Assembly: GCA_965205975.1 (NCBI GenBank)
Contig: OZ242195.1
Coordinates: 2,400,001-2,464,000, forward strand
DNA from: Candidatus Latescibacterota bacterium
GTDB taxonomy: Bacteria; Latescibacterota; UBA2968
DNA: 64,000 nucleotides
Reading direction: 5' to 3'
Positions 9,289 to 19,495 of the stretch are shown piece by piece (positions within the stretch are counted from its first letter, which is position 1; each line of letters opens with the position of its first letter). A program made the translations under genes and the position numbers. The notes under the pieces are model-generated. The model did not search any database. It saw only the letters and a program-made list of their open reading frames with translations, and was not told where the DNA came from.

Positions 9289-10905
9289 TTAACCTCCACT
9301 CACTGGCTTGCCAAAGGCATCGGCAAAGAGCAAAAAGTCTGAAAATGCGACCGTACCATCCCCGTCCAAATCAGCCGCGGCATTGTATCCCGAGGCCCCC
9401 TCGCTTGTGCCAAAAGCAGCGACAAAGAGCAAGAAGTCGGAGAAATCGACAGCTCCATTGCCATCCAGATCAGCACTGCGCGTCTGAGACGGTGCCTGGC
9501 GTATCACGATTAACGCTTGAATTGTGGTCTCGGAAATAGGGAATCCGAGAATAGAGACGGTATCTCCCACCATCAAATCGGAAATGGGAAAAATAAGTTG
9601 GATGAGATCATCAACATTACCAGAAAAGAATATTGCGATAATATCCTCAACACTCTTCTGGTCGAGGGTAATCATCAAAGCCTGTGAGACATCCACGCTC
9701 ACCTGTTGACCATTGCGTTGGATGGAAAACGAATTCGTTTCAGCATTCACACTCTGAACACTGACGTCTCTAATGTCAACGGGCTCCGGCGGCGTTTGCA
9801 GCATAATTTGCAAATCAGTTACACTGGCACCATTGACAACCTGAATCAGTGCCCCGGGATCGACTTCACCTGTAAAGAGATTGAGCCCCATAGAAGCAAC
9901 TAACTCAACCGTATTTCCCTGTGCATCCACCACATCTTGTCCCAGAAATAGCGCGTAAGATCCATCCGGCACATGTTTCAACTCAAACGCCAGTTGTTCT
10001 GGAAAGGATTCTAATACATTGAAATTAGAAATACGAACAATAGCACGCTCAAACGGGTCAGTGTCATCACCTTCCATCAGAGCTTTTGAATACAATTCAG
10101 GATCAATCAGTAATGCTCCACCTGGACCCGGCGTAAAACCCTCGGGCAAAATACCTATGCCGGACACAAAGGCATCTGGCAATTCCACTGTGCCCCAAAA
10201 ATACTGTTGCTGCTCGGCAATAGGAGCCATATCTGAACGGCCGATAAGCATCTGATAGGTCGCACCCTCGGGCAAATTAACAGTACCCGTCAACTTTGTG
10301 CGATCTTCGCTGGCGGTCAAATCGGGTGCGGTTGCAATCGCTTCAATTAACCCAATGGGATAGGAAACAAAATCCAGCCCAATATCTACACCTGCCGCGT
10401 CAATGGTTACAATAGGCATGTTAAATGTAATCTCAAACTGTTGCATCCCACTCGGCACGGGCGGATTCTTCACATCTTCCTGAAGCGTCACACCGCCTAT
10501 AACAAACGAAGTCACAGCGGGCGTAACGGGTTGTTGTGGCACAAAACTATTGGGATCCCCGGGATTTGTCACCTGAATGCTTGCATCTGGTGTACCATCG
10601 CCATCTGGATCACCCAATTCTTGACCATTGGACACGCCATCGCCATCTGAGTCGAGCATTGCGAGCATGGCATTCCACTGAACGACACCAGTGCGACCAC
10701 TCGGCACGAGATAATTGCTGTTGATAGCACTACCAAAAGACGTGAGAGTACCACCGCCACCTGGATTCACATGACACGAAGCACACCCGATCATACTGCC
10801 ATTGGGCAACTGACCAACCCGTGCTGGACGGGCATCTGCCTGTCCCCACCCAACAAAAACAAGGACCAGGACCGTTAGTACTCTGTGAGAGTTCAACCGC
10901 GACAT
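9289..10905 (-). CDS. Secreted protein: N-terminal CXXCH/temptin-like Ca-binding domain, C-terminal duplicated EF-hand/dockerin-like domain
   Basis: Signal peptide ending ADA; CASCH; DSDGDGVSNGQELGDP; C-terminal ADLDGNGAVDFSDFLLFVAAFG...ADLDGDGTVAFSDFLLFADAFG. CAGGAGG SD. Confidence 0.8.
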   Translation of the reverse strand: MSRLNSHRVLTVLVLVFVGWGQADARPARVGQLPNGSMIGCASCHVNPGGGGTLTSFGSAINSNYLVPSGRTGVVQWNAMLAMLDSDGDGVSNGQELGDPDGDGTPDASIQVTNPGDPNSFVPQQPVTPAVTSFVIGGVTLQEDVKNPPVPSGMQQFEITFNMPIVTIDAAGVDIGLDFVSYPIGLIEAIATAPDLTASEDRTKLTGTVNLPEGATYQMLIGRSDMAPIAEQQQYFWGTVELPDAFVSGIGILPEGFTPGPGGALLIDPELYSKALMEGDDTDPFERAIVRISNFNVLESFPEQLAFELKHVPDGSYALFLGQDVVDAQGNTVELVASMGLNLFTGEVDPGALIQVVNGASVTDLQIMLQTPPEPVDIRDVSVQSVNAETNSFSIQRNGQQVSVDVSQALMITLDQKSVEDIIAIFFSGNVDDLIQLIFPISDLMVGDTVSILGFPISETTIQALIVIRQAPSQTRSADLDGNGAVDFSDFLLFVAAFGTSEGASGYNAAADLDGDGTVAFSDFLLFADAFGKPVSGG

Positions 10906-11021
10906 AAACAATCCTCCTGAAGAGGGTGATAATTAGAGACAACACGACGTAGCGTCTCATTTCGGAAAATGTAGAACATGTCCCATTGAAAGGCAACCGC
11001 TTTCTCAATAAAAAAATTAGC

Positions 11022-11049
11022 TTGCAACTTACAGAGAAATGTTTATAAT
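11022..11049 (+). promoter_or_regulatory. Candidate sigma70 promoter for glnA
   Basis: TTGCAA, 16 bp, TATAAT. Confidence 0.45.
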
Positions 11050-11256
11050 TAGATCTTGTTTTTTTCGCATTTTTCTATAATTGAATCTTGTCATAGGGCA
11101 TCATCGCCCGACAGTGTAACACGCATTTAATACATGAGAAATCACGCGGAAACAAACACCATCTATATTTCGTGTCGATATGTTGGGTCGGCAAAACTGT
11201 CGATCCTTTCATTTTTCAATACCAGGCCACTTTTCTCACAATGAAAGGAGCAGAAT

Positions 11257-12675
11257 ATGGCCCAAACGCCACAAGATGTTCTTGCAATGATCGCAGATCA
11301 GGGCATTAAAGTCGTCGATTTTCGCTTTACCGATTTTCCCGGACATTGGCAGCATTTTACTGTCATGGCCTCTGAGGTCGAAGAAGAAACCTTTGAAGAC
11401 GGACTCGGCTTTGACGGATCCAGTATTCGCGGCTGGCAGGCCATCAACGAATCGGACATGCTCGTCATACCCGATGCTGCCACGGCGGTTATCGATCCTT
11501 TCCTCGAAGAACCCACACTCGTGATGATCTGTAATATTGCCGATCCCATCACCAAAAGCGGCTATTCGCGCGATCCGCGTTCGGTCGCTCAAAAAGCCGA
11601 AGCCTATATGCAATCCACGGGCATTGGCGATACGGCATTTTTTGGTCCAGAAGCCGAATTTTTTGTCTTTGACGACGTGCGCTTTGGCGAAGGGGCAAAC
11701 CACGCCTTTCACAGCGTAGATTCAGTTGAAGGCTACTGGAACTCGGGCAGAGATGAAGGTCCCAACCTCGGTTACAAACCCCGCCACAAAGAAGGCTACT
11801 TCCCCGTGCCGCCTCACGACACGCTGCAAAATATACGCACGGAAATGGTACTGACCATGGAAGAAGTCGGCATTGATATAGAAGTTCATCACCACGAAGT
11901 GGCAACCGGCGGTCAGGGCGAAATCGACATCCGATTCTGTCCGATGGTCACATGCGCCGACAGAATGACCCTTTACAAATACATTGTCAAAAACGTGGCG
12001 CACAAACACGGTAAAACCGCCACCTTTATGCCCAAACCCCTCTTTGAAGACAATGGCACAGGCATGCACACACATCAAAGCCTCTGGAAAGGCGGTGAGC
12101 CTCTCTTTGCCGGGTCGGGATACGCGGGCCTGAGCGAAATGGCTCTGCACTATATCGGTGGCATTCTCAAACACGCCGATGCGCTGATCGCATTGACCAA
12201 CCCGACCACCAACTCGTTTAAGCGTCTGGTGCCCGGGTATGAAGCTCCGGTCAATCTGGCCTATTCGCAGCGCAATCGCAGTGCTGCAGTACGCATCCCA
12301 GTGTATTCTCAAAGTCCCAAAGCCAAACGCGTCGAATTTCGATGCCCAGATCCGAGTGCCAATCCCTACCTGGCTTTCGCGGCCATGTTGATGGCTGGCC
12401 TGGACGGCATTCAGAACAAAATTGATCCAGGGGAACCGCTCGACAAAAACCTCTACGATCTGGAACCCGAAGAAGCGGCATCTATCCCGCAGACACCGGG
12501 TTCACTGTCCGATGCCCTCGACTCTCTGGAAGCAGATCACGACTTCTTGCTCAAGGGTGATGTCTTTACCGAAGACGTAATCGAAACCTGGATCGAATAC
12601 AAGCGCGAAAACGAAGTTGACGCCATCAACCAGCGTCCTCATCCACACGAATTCGCACTTTACTTCGATGTGTAA
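11257..12675 (+). CDS. glnA: Glutamine synthetase type I (beta)
   Basis: [49 protein letters not shown], adenylylation motif NLYDL. Confidence 0.98.
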   Translation: MAQTPQDVLAMIADQGIKVVDFRFTDFPGHWQHFTVMASEVEEETFEDGLGFDGSSIRGWQAINESDMLVIPDAATAVIDPFLEEPTLVMICNIADPITKSGYSRDPRSVAQKAEAYMQSTGIGDTAFFGPEAEFFVFDDVRFGEGANHAFHSVDSVEGYWNSGRDEGPNLGYKPRHKEGYFPVPPHDTLQNIRTEMVLTMEEVGIDIEVHHHEVATGGQGEIDIRFCPMVTCADRMTLYKYIVKNVAHKHGKTATFMPKPLFEDNGTGMHTHQSLWKGGEPLFAGSGYAGLSEMALHYIGGILKHADALIALTNPTTNSFKRLVPGYEAPVNLAYSQRNRSAAVRIPVYSQSPKAKRVEFRCPDPSANPYLAFAAMLMAGLDGIQNKIDPGEPLDKNLYDLEPEEAASIPQTPGSLSDALDSLEADHDFLLKGDVFTEDVIETWIEYKRENEVDAINQRPHPHEFALYFDV

Positions 12676-12702
12676 TATTGTAAGTCGTTTTTAGAAAAAA
12701 AG

Positions 12703-12740
12703 AAAAGCAGATGGTCATATCCCGACCATCTGCTTTTTTT
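12703..12740. terminator. Bidirectional intrinsic terminator
   Basis: AAAAGCAGATGGTC-ATATCCC-GACCATCTGCTTTTTTT between convergent genes. Confidence 0.85.
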
Positions 12741-12748
12741 ACACCCTC

Positions 12749-13537
12749 TCAATCCCTCAACTTCGTCTTCTCATCCCACCTCACCACATCCAAATATTTT
12801 TGTGAAAAGCCAATTGCATCCCGAACATCGGCACCGCGCATATCGGCATTATCAAACTGGGCTTTGTAGAGATCGGCTTTCTGCATGCGGGCGCGCTGGA
12901 GATTGGCCTGGCGCAAATCCACTTTGACGAGATCGGCATCCTGAAGTCTGGCACTTTGCAGATTAGCTCCCCTCAAATTGGCGTCGGTCAAATCCGATTT
13001 TCGAATATCGGCTGTACGCAATATAGCATTTTCGAAATCCACTTTGACCAATATAGCCTCTGACAAATTGGCCTTGTAAAAATGCGCGTTTTTGCATTTA
13101 GCTCCGCGCAAATTGCATCCCACCAATTTTGCCCCCTCAAAATTTGCGCCTTCCATATTTGCACCGCTGAGATCTGCCAATTCCAAATCAGACGGCGATA
13201 CCTGTGCACCTTTCATATTCGCTCTTGTGAGGGTCGCATTCTGCAAAAACGCCCCACACAGATCGGCACCTTCGAGGTTTGCATCGCGCAAATTGGCCTG
13301 TAAAAGACGCGCGCGCTGTAAGTTCGCACCCGATAAATTGGCACCCCGTAACTGCGCGCCACTGAGAATGGCTTCGCGCATATCGGCACGTTGTAATGCG
13401 GCATTTTGCAATTCCGCTCGGTTTAAATTTGCACCGGCCAGATCAGCGCGCACTCCCGCTGTCCCGTTGGACGCTATCCAGGCTTGATGTTGTGCAAGAA
13501 TCTCGCGCACCTGTGCAGGTGAAAGAGTTATGGGCAT
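12749..13537 (-). CDS. Pentapeptide repeat protein
   Basis: Nearly continuous A(D/N)LxX repeats after an N-terminal H..W...G..G.RADL cap. Confidence 0.92.
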   Translation of the reverse strand: MPITLSPAQVREILAQHQAWIASNGTAGVRADLAGANLNRAELQNAALQRADMREAILSGAQLRGANLSGANLQRARLLQANLRDANLEGADLCGAFLQNATLTRANMKGAQVSPSDLELADLSGANMEGANFEGAKLVGCNLRGAKCKNAHFYKANLSEAILVKVDFENAILRTADIRKSDLTDANLRGANLQSARLQDADLVKVDLRQANLQRARMQKADLYKAQFDNADMRGADVRDAIGFSQKYLDVVRWDEKTKLRD

Positions 13538-13553
13538 TTGATTTTTCCTCTCG

Positions 13554-14120
13554 CTAAATTCTGATAATTTCGTTTTCGGTTATGATCAAATCCATCTTCA
13601 CATCGTGTGGCTCGGCAGGCACGCGATCTATAATCTGAAAACCATAAGATAAACCGATCCGAACAGCTTTAGTCTGTACCAAAAATCGGTCATAATATCC
13701 CCCCCCCGATCCAATCCGATGACCCAGGCGATCAAAAGCGATGCCCGGAATAAGGACGAGGTCAATGGTATGAGGCAATAGAACCATTTCGGGATTTGGA
13801 ACCGGTTCGCGCAAGCCATAACGCACAGGTCGCAGATCACTCAGGCCCAAAATCGCTTGAAAATCCATGCCTCCCTCTTCCCGAGTAACGGGTACGCCCA
13901 CCTGCTTACCACTCCCAATTGTTTTTTGAATCACTGTTCTCGTATCCACTTCACTTTTTATGGACACATAACAGGCAATACGCCGTGCACATTGGTATGC
14001 TGGCATATCGATCAACCGACGATAAATACGCAAACTCTTCTCGCGAACAGCCCGTTCGGACATTTGGATACGCTCTGCGTGAAGGCGATGTTTCAGATCT
14101 AACTTTGTCATAATTACCAT
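13554..14120 (-). CDS. 5-formyltetrahydrofolate cyclo-ligase
   Basis: EVDT, YGLREP, IDLVLIPGIAFDRLGHRIGSGGGYYDRFL, EPHD. Confidence 0.93.
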   Translation of the reverse strand: MVIMTKLDLKHRLHAERIQMSERAVREKSLRIYRRLIDMPAYQCARRIACYVSIKSEVDTRTVIQKTIGSGKQVGVPVTREEGGMDFQAILGLSDLRPVRYGLREPVPNPEMVLLPHTIDLVLIPGIAFDRLGHRIGSGGGYYDRFLVQTKAVRIGLSYGFQIIDRVPAEPHDVKMDLIITENEIIRI

Positions 14121-14172
14121 CGTAAGGAACAGCTTCCGTACCGTCCCGAATGATTCGTTTCTCGCTTCTCGC

Positions 14173-14201
14173 TTGACTTTAATAAATTAAACTGTTAAAA
14201 T
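14173..14201 (+). promoter_or_regulatory. sigma70 promoter for the uppS operon
   Basis: TTGACT, 17 bp, TAAAAT with TGn extended -10. Confidence 0.65.
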
Positions 14202-14270
14202 TTCACAACATTTTTAATGATATTTTATCGGTGTTTGGGCGCGCAAGTTGAATTTTTCATTATTAATAAT

Positions 14271-15110
14271 ATGGAAGACACTCATATAAACAACTCTCGT
14301 GATTGTACTCAGCTTCAAGATAGGCTAAAAGCGCGCGGCAACCTGCCGTCTCACATTGCAATAATAATGGATGGCAATGGACGGTGGGCGCAACAACGAG
14401 ATTTACGCCGCACGGATGGGCATCGGTCTGCCCGTGAAACCGTGCGCGATATTGTGCGTGCCTGTGGCGAACTCGAAATAGATATTCTCACCCTGTTCAC
14501 CTTTGGCACAGATAATTGGCGTCGGCCTTGGTCAGAAGTGTTGTCACTGATGCAATTGTTGCGCGACTGTTCACACGAAGAACTCAATGAGTTGCAGGAA
14601 AACAACGTGCGTCTCATTGCAACCGGCGATATGGAGCGGCTGGTCAAGCACTCGCGTAAAGCACTTAAAAATGCCATTCGCGAAACGGCTAATAATACGG
14701 GACTTACGCTTAATCTCGCATTGAGCTACGACGGTAAGAGCGATATTCTTCAAGCCGTACAAAGCATCGCTGCCGACATCGCACAGGGACGCATTTCGCC
14801 AGACGCTATTGATCCCAATTTATTTTCCAAACGCCTTTATACAGGTGATTTGCCCGATCCCGATTTATTGATTCGCACCAGCGGTGAAGTTCGCTTGAGC
14901 AATTTTATGCTCTGGCAGTGTGCTTATACTGAGTTCTGGTTTACAGATGTACTGTGGCCCGATTTTAAGCGCGAGCACCTCTACAAAGCCATCCGCAGTT
15001 ATCAAAATCGAGAACGGCGGTTTGGCAAAACAGGACTTCAAGTGCGCGATGAAACGCTCGCAAGCGAAACCAATGGGTCTTCGGAGGGCTTGTGGCAAAG
15101 TCCAATCTAA
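14271..15110 (+). CDS. uppS: cis-isoprenyl transferase (undecaprenyl diphosphate synthase)
   Basis: HIAIIMDGNGRWA, PDPDLLIRTSGEVRLSNFMLWQ, RERRFG; uppS-cdsA-dxr-rseP synteny. Confidence 0.93.
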   Translation: MEDTHINNSRDCTQLQDRLKARGNLPSHIAIIMDGNGRWAQQRDLRRTDGHRSARETVRDIVRACGELEIDILTLFTFGTDNWRRPWSEVLSLMQLLRDCSHEELNELQENNVRLIATGDMERLVKHSRKALKNAIRETANNTGLTLNLALSYDGKSDILQAVQSIAADIAQGRISPDAIDPNLFSKRLYTGDLPDPDLLIRTSGEVRLSNFMLWQCAYTEFWFTDVLWPDFKREHLYKAIRSYQNRERRFGKTGLQVRDETLASETNGSSEGLWQSPI

Positions 15111-15910
15111 TCCAGCGCGTATTGGCAGCAGCCGTTTTTGGTCCAGTTTTGGTGGTTTTATTCTGGTTGGGTGACTATTGGCTATTTATACTGTGGTGCG
15201 GTGTGGTCTCTATAGGCACCTGGGAATTTTATCGCATGCTATCTCAGAAAGGACTGCACCCCTGGACGGGATTTGGCATTGTTATATCTCTCTCCTGGTG
15301 TGTTGTAGCTTATGTTATTGAGCAAACTGCTTTCGCATTTTTATTTTTTTTTCTCGTATTATTGCTATTAATGTTCAGCGTAGCCCTGTTTCGAGACACC
15401 ACAGGCTATCGCCTGCTCAATGCAGGAGGCACGCTTTTAGGTGTGCTTTACGTCGGTTTTTTGGGCAGTTTTGTTCTCATAGTGAGAAACTCATTGCCCT
15501 TTGGTGCGTCAGAACAGGGGCAAGTTGCTGTTCTCATCTTACTGGGGATTTGGGCCAATGATACAATGGCCTATTTTTTTGGACGGTGGTTTGGCCGATG
15601 GCATCCCTTTCCTACCATCAGCGCGGCAAAGACCGAAGCCGGATTCATCGGAGGTCTTCTATCCGCGTTTCTCGTCATAGGACTTGGCGCGCAGATACTC
15701 GAATTATTTAATATAACCCAAAGCCTCATACTCGGCCTTCTCATTGGCATCGGGGCATCTTTGGGAGATCTCGTTGAATCCATGATTAAACGAGATATGG
15801 ATGTCAAAGATACGTCGGAACTGATCCCTGGGCACGGTGGCGTGCTGGATCGCTTTGACAGTGTTTTTTTTGTTTTCCCACTTGTTTATATTTATTTTCA
15901 ATTTTTATGA
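15092..15910 (+). CDS. cdsA: Phosphatidate cytidylyltransferase
   Basis: Multi-TM; DTMAYFFG, GDLVESMIKR, KD..IPGHGGVLDRFDS. Confidence 0.95.
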   Translation: MAKSNLIQRVLAAAVFGPVLVVLFWLGDYWLFILWCGVVSIGTWEFYRMLSQKGLHPWTGFGIVISLSWCVVAYVIEQTAFAFLFFFLVLLLLMFSVALFRDTTGYRLLNAGGTLLGVLYVGFLGSFVLIVRNSLPFGASEQGQVAVLILLGIWANDTMAYFFGRWFGRWHPFPTISAAKTEAGFIGGLLSAFLVIGLGAQILELFNITQSLILGLLIGIGASLGDLVESMIKRDMDVKDTSELIPGHGGVLDRFDSVFFVFPLVYIYFQFL

Positions 15911-17061
15911 TAAAACGCGTTGCCCTTCTCGGATCCACAGGCTCTATCGGCACAAACACGCTGCATGTTCTGAATAGCCTATCCGACCGATTTGAACTGG
16001 TGAGTTTATGTGCCGGACGCAATGCCGAGTTGCTGTGTGAACAAGCCGAGCACTGGCGCCCTAAGCGCGTTTGTATTGCCCAGGGAGCAAAAGAGGTGCA
16101 GGCGCGTCTTGCCCCACTGGACATTGAAGTGCTCGAAGGCAGCGCGGGCTTGCAGGACCTGTCTGTCGATCCCGATGTCGATCTGGTCATTAACGGCCTG
16201 GCGGCAGGCGTGGGACTGCGCCCTACGCTATCTGCTGTACGCGCGGGCAAAGATGTGGCAATTGCCAATAAAGAGACACTGGTTGTCGCAGGGCATCTGG
16301 TAACTGCCTGGGCCAAACAGACCGGTGCCACATTATTGCCGATCGACAGTGAGACAACGCCGCTGTGGCAATCGTTTCAAGAGACGAACCGAGACGAGGT
16401 CAAACGCATTTTATTGCCCGCCTCGGGCGGTCCTTTTTTTGACTATACGCAAAAGCAAATGGCGAGTGTTTCACGCGACCAGGCACTAAATCATCCCACC
16501 TGGCAGATGGGACCAAAAATTACGATTGACTCCGCTACATTGATGAATAAAGGCTTTGAAGTGATCGAAGCGCAATGGTTTCTCGATTTACCAATCTCGA
16601 AAATCGATGTGATTATCCATCGGCAGTCTATTGTGCATTGTCTTATCGAATACGTGGATGGCGGCATGATGGCGCACCTGAGCACACCCGATATGCAGTT
16701 GCCCATTCATCAGGCTCTGGTGCATCCCGAAAAGCTGCCCACACAGGTTGAACGCCTGGATCTGACAAAGGTCGGCACATTGAGTTTTTTTCAGCCCGAT
16801 ACCGACCGATTTCCCTGTCTTCAATTGGCATATCAGGCCGTAGAACAGGGCGGAACTGCGCCCGCAGCACTCAATGCTGCCAATGAAGTCGCCGTGTATG
16901 CTTTTCTCGAGGGCCGCATCGGATTTCTCGATATCCCTCGTGTGATTGCACAAACCCTTGATGAACACGAGGCATCTGAAGATACCCTCGAGGCGATCTT
17001 TGACACAGACCGCTGGGGGCGAGTCCGTGCAAATGAGCTGATTTGTTCACTTGAATCATAG
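15907..17061 (+). CDS. dxr: 1-deoxy-D-xylulose-5-phosphate reductoisomerase
   Basis: LGSTGSIG, ANKETLV, SGGPF, HPTWQMGPKITIDSATLMNKGFEVIEA, NAANEVAV. Confidence 0.96.
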   Translation: MIKRVALLGSTGSIGTNTLHVLNSLSDRFELVSLCAGRNAELLCEQAEHWRPKRVCIAQGAKEVQARLAPLDIEVLEGSAGLQDLSVDPDVDLVINGLAAGVGLRPTLSAVRAGKDVAIANKETLVVAGHLVTAWAKQTGATLLPIDSETTPLWQSFQETNRDEVKRILLPASGGPFFDYTQKQMASVSRDQALNHPTWQMGPKITIDSATLMNKGFEVIEAQWFLDLPISKIDVIIHRQSIVHCLIEYVDGGMMAHLSTPDMQLPIHQALVHPEKLPTQVERLDLTKVGTLSFFQPDTDRFPCLQLAYQAVEQGGTAPAALNAANEVAVYAFLEGRIGFLDIPRVIAQTLDEHEASEDTLEAIFDTDRWGRVRANELICSLES

Positions 17062-17075
17062 AAACGAGGTTTCCC

Positions 17076-18401
17076 GTGATCGTCGATCTTCTCTACTTCT
17101 TTTTTGTCCTGGGCGTACTGGTTTTTGTTCACGAACTCGGGCATTTTTTAGTCGCTAAAAAATCGGGCATCCGGGTTGAAACCTTTTCACTTGGCTTTCC
17201 ACCCAAAGCGATAGGCGTGAAAATTGGCGAGACCGAATACTGCCTTTCGTGGTTGCCATTGGGCGGCTATGTGAAGATGGCCGGCATGGAAGATTTTGGT
17301 CACGAAGAGCGCAAGGGTAAGCCATGGGAATTTCAGGCGAAGCCGCGCTGGATACAAATGGCGGTGCTCATCGCTGGTCCAGCAATGAACTTTTTTCTTG
17401 GCTTTTTGCTATTGCTCACTCTGTATATGTCGGCGGGTGAATACGCATTCTTGGACGATTCGCGCGTGGGTGAAGTTAAGACAGACTCGCCCTTCTATAC
17501 AGCAGGCCTAAGACCGGGAGACCGCATTTTGACCGTTGGAAATACAGCGGTAAATGACTGGGAAGAAATGTCAGATGCGTTTCTCCTTCACGCCGGTGAT
17601 GTCGTGCCCGTTGAAATTGAACGCATCCCTACCTATCAAACAGATAGGACTGAGCGATTCACGATTTCTGTCGATTTGACCACCACCCCGCGCGAAGGAC
17701 TGGGACTGGGATATTATATGGCCACAGAGGTCGGAGCCATAATGCCCGGAATGCCAGCCGCAGAGATTGGCCTGCAACCAGGCGATGTAATTACATCGGT
17801 CAATGGTGTCCCGATGACGATGTGGTGGGAGATGAGCCGCGAGATATCTGCGAAACCTGGTGTGGAAATCTCATTGACCTGGCAGCGCAATGGCGAAGAG
17901 ATGACGGCGCAGATTATTCCCGCTTCTCAAACTTTTAATGGCGAGACCGTAGGGCGCATTGGAATTGATTGGGCTTCCAAACGCAATCCCATTCCCTTTT
18001 TTAAGGCCGTGCGCCGCAGTGCAACAGAAACCATCAATTTGTCAACAGCCATTTTTGGATTTGTCAAACGCCTGGTCACAGGACAAGAATCCAGCAAGAA
18101 TTTGGCTGGACCTGTTGGGATTTTCCAGCTGGTGGGCCAAAGTGCTGAGCACGGTTTCTCCTCTCTGCTGTGGTTTATGGCCATGCTAAGCATTAACCTG
18201 GGCGTGCTCAACTTGCTACCCATTCCCATGCTCGATGGCGGCCATCTCACCATTCTTGCGGTTGAAGGCATTATCCGCCGAGATTTATCTGCGCGACACA
18301 AAGCCTGGCTCCAGCAAGCCGGATTTGCATTTTTGCTCTTCCTGATTATTTATGTAACCTTCAACGATATCGGGCGCATTTCCGGATGGTTTGGAAACTA
18401 A
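17076..18401 (+). CDS. rseP: RIP metalloprotease RseP
   Basis: HELGH, two PDZ-like domains, NLLPIPMLDGGH. Confidence 0.95.
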   Translation: MIVDLLYFFFVLGVLVFVHELGHFLVAKKSGIRVETFSLGFPPKAIGVKIGETEYCLSWLPLGGYVKMAGMEDFGHEERKGKPWEFQAKPRWIQMAVLIAGPAMNFFLGFLLLLTLYMSAGEYAFLDDSRVGEVKTDSPFYTAGLRPGDRILTVGNTAVNDWEEMSDAFLLHAGDVVPVEIERIPTYQTDRTERFTISVDLTTTPREGLGLGYYMATEVGAIMPGMPAAEIGLQPGDVITSVNGVPMTMWWEMSREISAKPGVEISLTWQRNGEEMTAQIIPASQTFNGETVGRIGIDWASKRNPIPFFKAVRRSATETINLSTAIFGFVKRLVTGQESSKNLAGPVGIFQLVGQSAEHGFSSLLWFMAMLSINLGVLNLLPIPMLDGGHLTILAVEGIIRRDLSARHKAWLQQAGFAFLLFLIIYVTFNDIGRISGWFGN

Positions 18402-18423
18402 AGCTCCAGCCCATCTGTTAGAT

Positions 18424-18458
18424 AAAATCCCCCACATTTTTTGCGGGGGATTTTTTTA
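18424..18458. terminator. Intrinsic terminator after rseP
   Basis: AAAATCCCCC...GGGGGATTTTTTT. Confidence 0.75.
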
Positions 18459-18475
18459 TCTGCAACCAACCCTCC

Positions 18476-18817
18476 TCACTTTTCATCTTTCTTTTTCGTC
18501 TTTTGAAATGCCCTCATCTCACGCTCTGATGCCTCGCCAAATCGCTGCTGGATCAGGGCAATGAGCGCATCCCATTTTTCGGGGTGATCCCGACGGTCTT
18601 TGAGAAATTTCTCAATATCGGCTTGTGTGATGCCATGGCGTTTGAGCAATTTTTTTCGTTCCACCAGTAGCGAGTCGGGCGTGTGTACATAACGGCGGTG
18701 AAGTTCCATAGCATCTGAAAATATCTCGATAAATTTCTTATCTGATAGCTTTGGCGATGGAGCGATTGCGCATCCAACCACACCGAGCAAAAGGCACCAG
18801 AGGAGCAGTTTTTTCAT
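18476..18817 (-). CDS. Small hypothetical lipoprotein (DUF4296-like, tentative)
   Basis: MKKLLLWCLLLGVVG-C lipobox; helical domain with DSL...LLKRHGIT pattern. Confidence 0.65.
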   Translation of the reverse strand: MKKLLLWCLLLGVVGCAIAPSPKLSDKKFIEIFSDAMELHRRYVHTPDSLLVERKKLLKRHGITQADIEKFLKDRRDHPEKWDALIALIQQRFGEASEREMRAFQKTKKKDEK

Positions 18818-18922
18818 AATAGAGTTCCAGGGGAAATCGCACGGCGGCCCTGCCGTAACACCTTCAAAATATCCCGTAATAATACGTACATATAAATAAC
18901 TTATTTTTTCCATATAAAACAA

Positions 18923-18986
18923 TTGACTTTTGAAACGCGAATTACTAAGTTAAGCCAAGTGGTATATTGTGGTGGATTGTGGTGGA
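18923..18986 (+). promoter_or_regulatory. dcw promoter with MraZ-type direct repeats
   Basis: TTGACT (18923), 17 bp, TAAGTT (18946); GTGG at 18959, 18969 and 18979 (10-bp period). Confidence 0.75.
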
Positions 18987-19045
18987 TTTGAATTTCTTGT
19001 ATATCATTTTGTAAAATAATAATTTATCTCTCTCAGGGTTCTCGG

Positions 19046-19495
19046 ATGTCCGATAACCGATCCACATTTTCTGGCGAATATGAAAATATCCCTATGGATG
19101 CTAAGGGTCGCTTAATCGTTCCCGCAAAATTACGGAACGCGTTGCCCAATGGTGTTGCGTCAATTTTCGTCACGCCGTGGTTTGATGGTTGTTTGGCTGC
19201 GTTTGACCCCGATGAATGGCGGCGAATCATTGATCAACTCCGCAACATGGGACACTCACAAGTCCAATCAAGACAATTAGTTAGAGCAATGGCAGGACGC
19301 GCATCTGAGGTAAATCTCGACCGCCAGGGGCGTGCATTGATCCCCAAAAAGCATCTGGATCTGATTGGTATTACAGATCGCGCAACGCTGGCAGGCGTTG
19401 TTGATCGTATTGAAATTTGGGATCCCGATAAGTATAACGAAGTTCAAAATGCCGTCAAGATGGAAGAGATAGCAGAATTATTAGAACGACAGTGA
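19046..19495 (+). CDS. mraZ: Division/cell wall cluster repressor MraZ
   Basis: DAKGRLIVP and DRQGRALIP duplicate motifs, IEIW. Confidence 0.95.
   Translation: MSDNRSTFSGEYENIPMDAKGRLIVPAKLRNALPNGVASIFVTPWFDGCLAAFDPDEWRRIIDQLRNMGHSQVQSRQLVRAMAGRASEVNLDRQGRALIPKKHLDLIGITDRATLAGVVDRIEIWDPDKYNEVQNAVKMEEIAELLERQ

Noticed and set aside
11050..11256. Glutamine riboswitch or GlnR/NtcA/sigma54 site before glnA
   Set aside because: Only small hairpins are present; no consensus match with correct spacing was seen.
12749..13537. 15-bp periodicity and open antisense frames
   Set aside because: Explained by pentapeptide repeat coding.
14121..14270. 6S RNA upstream of the 5-formyl-THF cyclo-ligase gene
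   Set aside because: The gap is only ~150 bp, AT-rich, holds the divergent uppS promoter and shows no long hairpin.
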